The notes beneath the pieces were generated by a model. The model was given only the letters and a program-made list of their open reading frames with translations, made no database searches and was not told where the DNA came from. This document shows positions 56,046 through 64,000 of a stretch of DNA of 64,000 bases, piece after piece (within the stretch, counting starts at the first letter, position 1; each line of letters opens with the position of its first letter). The position numbers and the translations under genes are program-made. The stretch lies in NCBI RefSeq assembly GCF_054482525.1, contig NZ_CM137006.1. The stretch is one strand, 5' to 3'.

Positions 56046-57386
56046 GTGACTACATTAACGCTTGTTTTAACAGCAGTAGGGTCTGTTTTACTGCTGCTGT
56101 TTTTAGTCATGAAGGCGCGTATGCACGCTTTCCTGGCTTTGATGGTGGTGTCCATGGGGGCTGGCCTTTTTTCCGGTATGCCGCTCGATAAAATCGCAGC
56201 GACGATGGAAAAAGGGATGGGAGGCACCCTCGGCTTCCTGGCGGTGGTTGTCGCCCTGGGAGCTATGTTTGGCAAGATCTTACATGAAACCGGCGCAGTC
56301 GATCAGATTGCCGTCAAAATGCTCAAATCCTTCGGTCACAGCCGCGCACATTATGCCATCGGCCTTGCGGGGCTGGTTTGTGCACTACCGCTGTTCTTTG
56401 AAGTGGCGATTGTTCTGCTGATTAGCGTTGCTTTCTCAATGGCGCGCCACACCGGTACGAACCTGGTGAAGCTGGTAATCCCATTATTCGCAGGCGTGGC
56501 GGCCGCGGCTGCGTTCCTGGTGCCTGGACCAGCGCCAATGCTGCTGGCATCGCAGATGAATGCCGACTTTGGCTGGATGATCCTGATTGGCCTGTGTGCG
56601 GCAATTCCGGGAATGATTATTGCCGGGCCGCTGTGGGGTAATTTCATCAGCCGCTACGTGGAGTTGCATATTCCTGACGACATCAGCGAACCACATCTCG
56701 GTGAAGGCAAAATGCCGTCCTTCGGATTCAGCCTGTCGCTGATCCTGTTGCCACTGGTGCTGGTGGGGCTGAAAACCATTGCCGCGCGTTTTGTGCCAGA
56801 AGGCTCTACCGCTTACGAATGGTTCGAGTTTATTGGTCATCCGTTTACCGCGATTCTGGTTGCTTGTCTGGTAGCGATTTATGGCCTGGCAATGCGTCAG
56901 GGCATGCCAAAAGACAAAGTGATGGAGATTTGCGGTCACGCGCTGCAACCGGCGGGGATCATTCTGCTGGTGATTGGTGCAGGCGGCGTGTTCAAACAGG
57001 TGCTGGTTGACTCTGGCGTAGGTCCGGCACTGGGCGAAGCGTTAACCGGCATGGGCCTGCCGATTGCCATCACCTGCTTCGTGCTGGCAGCTGCAGTGCG
57101 CATCATTCAGGGTTCTGCCACCGTTGCCTGTTTAACGGCGGTGGGACTGGTGATGCCGGTTATTGAACAACTGAACTATTCCGGAGCGCAAATGGCGGCG
57201 CTGTCGATTTGTATCGCCGGTGGTTCGATTGTTGTCAGCCACGTTAACGACGCCGGTTTCTGGTTGTTCGGTAAATTTACCGGCGCGACTGAAGCCGAAA
57301 CACTGAAAACCTGGACCATGATGGAAACCATCCTCGGCACTGTCGGTGCCATCGTTGGGATGATTGCGTTCCAGCTGTTGAGTTAA
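56046..57386 (+). CDS. gntU: Low-affinity gluconate transporter GntU
   Basis: 446 aa hydrophobic GntP-family ORF with GTG start, immediately after gntK. Confidence 0.85.
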   Translation: MTTLTLVLTAVGSVLLLLFLVMKARMHAFLALMVVSMGAGLFSGMPLDKIAATMEKGMGGTLGFLAVVVALGAMFGKILHETGAVDQIAVKMLKSFGHSRAHYAIGLAGLVCALPLFFEVAIVLLISVAFSMARHTGTNLVKLVIPLFAGVAAAAAFLVPGPAPMLLASQMNADFGWMILIGLCAAIPGMIIAGPLWGNFISRYVELHIPDDISEPHLGEGKMPSFGFSLSLILLPLVLVGLKTIAARFVPEGSTAYEWFEFIGHPFTAILVACLVAIYGLAMRQGMPKDKVMEICGHALQPAGIILLVIGAGGVFKQVLVDSGVGPALGEALTGMGLPIAITCFVLAAAVRIIQGSATVACLTAVGLVMPVIEQLNYSGAQMAALSICIAGGSIVVSHVNDAGFWLFGKFTGATEAETLKTWTMMETILGTVGAIVGMIAFQLLS

Positions 57387-57388
57387 GT

Positions 57389-57422
57389 TTGTTCGCCCGG
57401 TAGTTGTGACGCTACCGGGCTC
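57389..57422 (+). terminator. Putative rho-independent terminator after gntU
   Basis: gcccggtag-ttgtgacg-ctaccgggc hairpin followed by tcttttcg. Confidence 0.6.
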
Positions 57423-57442
57423 TTTTCGAAAAACTCTCCTCG

Positions 57443-58036
57443 TTACCCCTTCATCCACATTCGAATGCCGTCGAGGAACATCTGAGTTGCCATCATCACC
57501 AGAATCAATCCCATCAGGCGTTCAAGTGCGTTCACCCCTTTCTCGCCCAGCAGACGTAAAAATAGCGAAGACTGTAGCAGGATGACAAAGGTGCCGCCCC
57601 AGGCCAGTAGCAGAGCAATTACCAGATGTCCCATCTGATTCGGGTACTGATGAGACAACAACATCAGCGTGGCGAGAATAGTCGGCCCGGCGACTAACGG
57701 AATTGCCAACGGCACGATAAACGGCTCTTCACCTGCCGGAAGCCCGCTGCTATTTCCTGAAGCACTGGGGAAAATCATCTTAATGGCGATCAGAAACAGA
57801 ATGATGCCGCCAGAAATGGAGACGGTTTCTGCCCGCAGGCTAAGAAATGCCAGAATTTTCTCACCCGCAAACAGGAACACCAGCATCACCAGGAGAGCAA
57901 TAAGCAACTCTCGCACCATGATTGCCCGCCGTCTTTTCGGTTCAGTATGTTTCAGTACGGACATGAAAATAGGTAGGTTTCCGAGCGGATCCATAATCAG
58001 GATCAATAAAACTGCTGCAGAAATGATTTCATTCAT
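57443..58036 (-). CDS. yhgN: MarC-family (UPF0056) inner-membrane protein YhgN
   Basis: 197 aa hydrophobic ORF MNEIISAAVLLILIMDPLGNLPIFMSVL... Confidence 0.85.
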   Translation of the reverse strand: MNEIISAAVLLILIMDPLGNLPIFMSVLKHTEPKRRRAIMVRELLIALLVMLVFLFAGEKILAFLSLRAETVSISGGIILFLIAIKMIFPSASGNSSGLPAGEEPFIVPLAIPLVAGPTILATLMLLSHQYPNQMGHLVIALLLAWGGTFVILLQSSLFLRLLGEKGVNALERLMGLILVMMATQMFLDGIRMWMKG

Positions 58037-58227
58037 AACTCAAATTCCCTGATAATTGCCGCGGACTTTCTGCGTGCTAACAAAGCAGGATAAGTCGCAT
58101 TACTGATGGCTTCGCTATCATTGATTAATTTCACTTGCGACTTTGGCTGCTTTTTGTATGGTGAAAGATGTGCCAAGAGGAGACCGGCACATTTATACAG
58201 CACACATCTTTGCAGGAAAAAACGCTT

Positions 58228-59331
58228 ATGAAAAATGTTGGTTTTATCGGCTGGCGCGGTATGGTCGGCTCCGTTCTCATGCAACGCATGGTTGAAGAGC
58301 GCGACTTCGACGCCATTCGCCCTGTCTTCTTTTCTACTTCTCAGCTTGGTCAGGCTGCGCCGTCTTTTGGCGGAACCACTGGCACACTTCAGGATGCCTT
58401 TGATCTGGAGGCGCTAAAGGCCCTCGATATCATTGTGACCTGTCAGGGCGGCGATTATACCAACGAAATCTATCCAAAGCTTCGTGAAAGCGGATGGCAA
58501 GGTTACTGGATTGACGCAGCATCATCTCTGCGCATGAAAGATGACGCCATCATCATTCTTGACCCCGTCAATCAGGACGTCATTACCGACGGATTAAATA
58601 ATGGCATCAGGACTTTTGTTGGCGGTAACTGTACCGTAAGCCTGATGTTGATGTCGTTGGGTGGTTTATTCGCCAATGATCTTGTTGATTGGGTGTCCGT
58701 TGCAACCTACCAGGCCGCTTCCGGCGGTGGTGCGCGACATATGCGTGAGTTATTAACCCAGATGGGCCATCTGTATAGCCATGTGGCAGATGAACTCGCG
58801 ACCCCGTCCTCTGCTATTCTCGATATCGAACGCAAAGTCACAACCTTAACCCGTAGCGGTGAGCTGCCGGTGGATAACTTTGGCGTGCCGCTGGCGGGTA
58901 GCCTGATTCCGTGGATCGACAAACAGCTTGATAACGGTCAGAGCCGCGAAGAGTGGAAAGGGCAGGCGGAAACCAACAAGATCCTCAACACATCTTCCGT
59001 AATTCCGGTAGATGGTTTATGTGTGCGTGTCGGGGCATTGCGCTGCCACAGCCAGGCATTCACTATTAAATTGAAAAAAGATGTGTCTATTCCGACCGTG
59101 GAAGAACTGCTGGCTGCGCACAATCCGTGGGCGAAAGTCGTTCCGAACGATCGGGAAATCACTATGCGTGAGCTAACCCCAGCTGCCGTTACCGGCACGC
59201 TGACCACGCCGGTAGGCCGCCTGCGTAAGCTGAATATGGGACCAGAGTTCCTGTCAGCCTTTACCGTGGGCGACCAGCTGCTGTGGGGGGCCGCGGAGCC
59301 GCTACGTCGGATGCTTCGTCAACTGGCGTAA
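58228..59331 (+). CDS. asd: Aspartate-semialdehyde dehydrogenase
   Basis: ORF track 58168..59331; likely start [21 protein letters not shown] at 58228 (367 aa); active-site Cys in GGNCTVSLM. Confidence 0.95.
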   Translation: MKNVGFIGWRGMVGSVLMQRMVEERDFDAIRPVFFSTSQLGQAAPSFGGTTGTLQDAFDLEALKALDIIVTCQGGDYTNEIYPKLRESGWQGYWIDAASSLRMKDDAIIILDPVNQDVITDGLNNGIRTFVGGNCTVSLMLMSLGGLFANDLVDWVSVATYQAASGGGARHMRELLTQMGHLYSHVADELATPSSAILDIERKVTTLTRSGELPVDNFGVPLAGSLIPWIDKQLDNGQSREEWKGQAETNKILNTSSVIPVDGLCVRVGALRCHSQAFTIKLKKDVSIPTVEELLAAHNPWAKVVPNDREITMRELTPAAVTGTLTTPVGRLRKLNMGPEFLSAFTVGDQLLWGAAEPLRRMLRQLA

Positions 59332-59603
59332 TCTTTATTCATTAAATCTGGGGCGCGATGCCGCCCCTGTTAGTGCGTAATACAGGAGTAAGCGCAGATG
59401 TTTCATGATTTACCGGGAGTTAAATAGAGCATTGGCTATTCTTTAAGGGTGGCTGAATACATGAGTATTCACAGCCTTACCTGAAGTGAGGACGACGCAG
59501 AGAGGATGCACAGAGTGCTGCGCCGTTCAGGTCAAAAAAATGTCACAACCAGAAGTCAAAAATCCAGTTGGATGGGGTGACACAATAAAACAGGAAGACA
59601 AGC

Positions 59604-61790
59604 ATGTCCGATCGTATCGATAGAGACGTGATTAACGCGCTAATTGCAGGCCATTTTGCGGATCCTTTTTCCGTACTGGGAATGCATAAAACCACCGCGG
59701 GACTGGAAGTCCGTGCCCTTTTACCCGACGCTACCGATGTGTGGGTGATTGAACCGAAAACCGGGCGCAAACTCGCAAAACTGGAGTGTCTCGACTCCCG
59801 TGGATTCTTTAGCGGTGTCATTCCGCGACGTAAGAATTTTTTCCGCTATCAACTGGCTGTTGTCTGGCATGGTCAGCAAAACCTGATAGATGATCCTTAC
59901 CGTTTTGGTCCGCTAATCCAGGAAATGGATGCCTGGCTATTATCTGAAGGTACTCACCTGCGCCCGTATGAAACCTTAGGCGCGCATGCAGATACTATGG
60001 ATGGCGTCACAGGTACGCGTTTTTCTGTCTGGGCTCCAAACGCCCGTCGGGTCTCGGTGGTTGGGCAATTCAACTACTGGGACGGTCGCCGTCATCCGAT
60101 GCGCCTGCGTAAAGAGAGCGGCATCTGGGAACTGTTTATCCCTGGTGCGCATAACGGTCAGCTCTATAAATATGAGATGATTGATGCTAATGGCAACTTG
60201 CGTCTGAAGTCCGACCCTTATGCCTTCGAAGCGCAAATGCGCCCGGAAACCGCGTCTCTTATTTGCGGGCTACCGGAAAAGGTTGTGCAGACTGAAGAGC
60301 GCAAAAAAGCGAATCAGTTTGATGCGCCAATCTCTATTTATGAAGTTCACCTGGGCTCCTGGCGTCGCCACACCGACAACAATTTCTGGTTAAGCTACCG
60401 CGAGCTGGCCGATCAACTGGTGCCTTATGCTAAATGGATGGGCTTTACCCACCTCGAACTGCTGCCCATTAACGAGCATCCGTTCGATGGCAGTTGGGGT
60501 TATCAGCCAACCGGCCTGTATGCACCGACCCGCCGTTTTGGTACCCGCGACGACTTCCGTTATTTCATTGATGCCGCACACGCAGCTGGTCTGAACGTGA
60601 TTCTCGACTGGGTGCCAGGCCACTTCCCGACCGATGACTTTGCGCTTGCCGAATTTGATGGCACGAACTTGTATGAACACAGCGATCCGCGCGAAGGCTA
60701 TCATCAGGACTGGAATACGCTGATCTACAACTATGGTCGCCGTGAAGTCAGTAACTTCCTTGTCGGTAACGCGCTTTACTGGATTGAACGTTTTGGTATT
60801 GATGCGCTGCGCGTCGATGCGGTGGCGTCAATGATTTATCGCGACTACAGCCGTAAAGAGGGGGAGTGGATCCCGAACGAATTTGGCGGGCGCGAGAATC
60901 TTGAAGCGATTGAATTCTTGCGTAATACCAACCGTATTCTTGGTGAGCAGGTTTCCGGTGCGGTGACAATGGCGGAGGAGTCTACCGATTTCCCTGGCGT
61001 TTCTCGTCCGCAGGACATGGGCGGTCTGGGCTTCTGGTACAAGTGGAACCTAGGCTGGATGCATGACACCCTGGACTACATGAAGCTCGACCCGGTTTAT
61101 CGTCAGTATCATCACGATAAACTGACCTTCGGGATGCTCTACAACTACACTGAAAACTTCGTCCTGCCGTTGTCGCATGATGAAGTGGTCCACGGTAAAA
61201 AATCGATTCTCGACCGGATGCCGGGCGACGCATGGCAGAAATTCGCTAACCTGCGCGCCTACTACGGCTGGATGTGGGCATTCCCGGGCAAGAAATTGCT
61301 GTTCATGGGGAACGAATTTGCCCAGGGCCGCGAGTGGAACCATGACGCCAGCCTCGACTGGCATCTGTTGGAAGGCGGCGATAACTGGCACCACGGTGTC
61401 CAGCGTCTGGTGCGCGATCTGAACCTCACCTACCGCCACCATAAAGCAATGCATGAACTGGATTTTGACCCGTACGGCTTTGAATGGCTGGTGGTGGATG
61501 ACAAAGAACGCTCGGTGCTGATCTTTGTGCGTCGCGATAAAGAGGGTAACGAAATCATCGTTGCCAGTAACTTTACTCCGGTGCCGCGTCATGATTATCG
61601 CTTCGGCATTAACCAGCCGGGCAAATGGCGTGAAATCCTCAATACCGATTCCATGCACTATCACGGCAGTAATGCCGGCAATGGCGGCACGGTACACAGC
61701 GATGAGATTGCCAGCCACGGTCGTCAGCATTCACTAAGCCTGACACTACCACCGCTGGCCACTATCTGGCTGGTTCGGGAGGCAGAATGA
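59604..61790 (+). CDS. glgB: 1,4-alpha-glucan branching enzyme GlgB
   Basis: 728 aa ORF with GH13 catalytic motifs ([30 protein letters not shown]). Confidence 0.95.
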   Translation: MSDRIDRDVINALIAGHFADPFSVLGMHKTTAGLEVRALLPDATDVWVIEPKTGRKLAKLECLDSRGFFSGVIPRRKNFFRYQLAVVWHGQQNLIDDPYRFGPLIQEMDAWLLSEGTHLRPYETLGAHADTMDGVTGTRFSVWAPNARRVSVVGQFNYWDGRRHPMRLRKESGIWELFIPGAHNGQLYKYEMIDANGNLRLKSDPYAFEAQMRPETASLICGLPEKVVQTEERKKANQFDAPISIYEVHLGSWRRHTDNNFWLSYRELADQLVPYAKWMGFTHLELLPINEHPFDGSWGYQPTGLYAPTRRFGTRDDFRYFIDAAHAAGLNVILDWVPGHFPTDDFALAEFDGTNLYEHSDPREGYHQDWNTLIYNYGRREVSNFLVGNALYWIERFGIDALRVDAVASMIYRDYSRKEGEWIPNEFGGRENLEAIEFLRNTNRILGEQVSGAVTMAEESTDFPGVSRPQDMGGLGFWYKWNLGWMHDTLDYMKLDPVYRQYHHDKLTFGMLYNYTENFVLPLSHDEVVHGKKSILDRMPGDAWQKFANLRAYYGWMWAFPGKKLLFMGNEFAQGREWNHDASLDWHLLEGGDNWHHGVQRLVRDLNLTYRHHKAMHELDFDPYGFEWLVVDDKERSVLIFVRRDKEGNEIIVASNFTPVPRHDYRFGINQPGKWREILNTDSMHYHGSNAGNGGTVHSDEIASHGRQHSLSLTLPPLATIWLVREAE

Positions 61791-63760
61791 CACAACTCGC
61801 CATTGGCAAACCCGCACCCCTCGGCGCGCATTACGACGGTCAGGGCGTCAACTTCACACTTTTCTCCGCTCATGCCGAGCGGGTAGAACTGTGTATCTTT
61901 GACGCCAATGGCCAGGAACATCGCTATGACTTGCCAGGGCACAGTGGCGACATTTGGCACGGTTATCTGCCGGATGCGCGTCCGGGTTTGCGTTATGGTT
62001 ATCGCGTTCATGGCCCCTGGCAACCCGCCGAGGGGCATCGCTTTAACCCGGCGAAGTTGTTGATTGATCCTTGCGCGCGGCAAATTGACGGGGAATTTAA
62101 AGATAACCCGCTGCTGCACGCCGGTCATAATGAACCTGACTATCGCGACAACGCCGCCATTGCGCCGAAATGCGTAGTGGTGGTTGATCACTATGACTGG
62201 GAGGATGATGCTCCGCCGCGCACGCCGTGGGGCAGTACCATCATTTATGAAGCCCATGTCAAAGGATTAACGTACCTGCACCCGGAGATCCCGGTCGAGA
62301 TCCGTGGCACTTATAAAGCCCTGGGGCATCCGGTGATGATCAACTATTTGAAACAGTTGGGCATTACCGCGCTGGAACTGCTGCCGGTGGCGCAGTTTGC
62401 CAGCGAACCACGCCTGCAACGTATGGGTCTAAGTAACTACTGGGGTTATAACCCGGTGGCGATGTTTGCGCTGCATCCGGCGTATGCCTGCTCCCCAGAA
62501 ACGGCGCTGGATGAGTTTCGCGATGCAATCAAAGCACTGCATAAAGCGGGTATCGAAGTCATTCTTGATATCGTGCTCAACCATAGTGCGGAACTGGACC
62601 TCGACGGCCCGTTATTCTCTCTGCGTGGGATCGACAACCGTAGCTATTATTGGATAAGAGAAGACGGCAATTATCACAACTGGACCGGTTGTGGCAACAC
62701 GCTCAATTTGAGTCATCCGGCGGTGGTGGATTATGCCAGCGCCTGCCTGCGTTATTGGGTAGAAACCTGCCACGTCGATGGTTTCCGCTTTGATCTGGCG
62801 GCAGTCATGGGCCGTACGCCAGAGTTCCGTCAGGATGCGCCGTTGTTTACCGCTATCCAGAACTGCCCGGTGCTCTCGCAGGTGAAGTTAATTGCTGAAC
62901 CGTGGGATATTGCTCCTGGTGGTTATCAGGTGGGAAATTTCCCGCCGCTGTTTGCCGAGTGGAACGATCATTTCCGCGATGCTGCCCGTCGTTTCTGGCT
63001 TCATTATGATTTGCCTCTGGGGGCGTTTGCCGGGCGTTTTGCTGCCTCCAGCGATGTTTTTAAACGTAATGGTCGTCTGCCGAGTGCCGCGATTAATCTC
63101 GTCACCGCGCATGACGGTTTTACGCTTCGCGACTGCGTTTGCTTCAACCATAAACATAATGAAGCAAACGGAGAAGAAAATCGCGACGGGACCAACAACA
63201 ATTACAGTAACAATCATGGTAAAGAAGGGTTAGGCGGTACTCTTGACCTGGTTGAACGGCGTCGCGACAGCATTCACGCCCTGTTAACAACGTTGTTGCT
63301 CTCCCAGGGTACGCCGATGTTACTGGCCGGTGACGAACATGGTCACAGCCAGCATGGCAATAACAATGCCTACTGTCAGGATAACCAATTAACCTGGTTG
63401 GACTGGTCGCAGGCAAGCAGTGGTTTAACCGCATTTACCGCCGCGTTAATCCATCTGCGCAAGCGCATTCCCGCTTTGGTGGAGAATCGCTGGTGGGAAG
63501 AAGGCGACGGCAATGTCCGTTGGCTAAATCGATATGCTCAACCTTTAAGCACGGATGAGTGGCAAAACGGGCCGAAACAGCTGCAAATTCTGCTCTCGGA
63601 TCGCTTTTTGATCGCAATTAACGCCACGCTTGAGGTAACAGAGATTGTTTTACCTGCTGGGGAGTGGCACGCCATTCCCCCATTCGCTGGAGAGGATAAC
63701 CCAGTGATTACGGCTGTCTGGCAGGGACCTGCACACGGATTGTGTGTGTTCCAGAGATGA
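61787..63760 (+). CDS. glgX: Glycogen debranching enzyme GlgX
   Basis: 657 aa GH13 ORF ([28 protein letters not shown]), 4 nt overlap with glgB. Confidence 0.95.
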
Positions 63761-63777
63761 TAAAAAAGGAGTTAGTC

Positions 63778-64000
63778 ATGGTTAGTTTAGAGAAGAACGA
63801 TCACTTAATGTTGGCGCGCCAGCTGCCATTGAAATCTGTTGCCCTGATACTGGCGGGAGGACGTGGTACCCGCCTGAAGGATTTAACCAATAAGCGAGCA
63901 AAACCGGCCGTACACTTCGGCGGTAAGTTCCGCATTATCGACTTTGCGCTGTCTAACTGCATCAACTCCGGGATCCGTCGTATGGGCGTGATCACCCAGT
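63778..64000 (+). CDS. glgC: Glucose-1-phosphate adenylyltransferase GlgC, 5' part; runs off the window end
   Basis: ATG at 63778 preceded by aaggag; reads [56 protein letters not shown]...; not in the ORF track because no stop is reached. Confidence 0.9.

Noticed and set aside
61050-61730. 226 aa minus-strand ORF
   Set aside because: Antisense to glgB, which has clear GH13 catalytic motifs; shadow ORF.

Overview
This window reads as an Escherichia coli chromosomal segment (reverse orientation relative to K-12 numbering) running from nikR through nikEDCBA, acpT, tusA, zntA, ftsYEX, rpoH, livJ, panM, livKHMGF, ugpBAECQ, ggt, ryhB, gntRKU and asd to glgB, glgX and the start of glgC. Gene identities come from reading the supplied ORF translations and from memory of E. 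coli; no database search was run, and hand-derived coordinates (refined starts, IS ends, operators, hairpins) may be off by 1-2 nt. The main accessory feature is a ~15 kb block of 18 co-oriented minus-strand genes (5874-20902) between acpT and yhhT, which I remember as adjacent in K-12. It encodes a type II FAS/PKS-like lipid pathway: two ketosynthases plus a chain-length-factor-like protein, a ketoreductase, two hotdog dehydratases, two tandem acyl carrier proteins, an AMP-dependent ligase, a thioesterase, a methyltransferase, a glycosyltransferase/acyltransferase fusion, a second acyltransferase, and an MMPL/LolA-like export set. This matches the aryl-polyene (APE) type cluster already described in pathogenic E. 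coli next to acpT, so it is a known family, not a new system. Two insertion sequences are present: an intact 768 bp IS1 with a 9 bp target duplication abutting the first gene of the cluster, and a ~1.43 kb IS3-family element inserted in a REP palindrome between livF and ugpB. The RyhB sRNA gene is present between yhhY and yhhX and is not represented in the ORF track. I found no CRISPR array, tRNA or rRNA.
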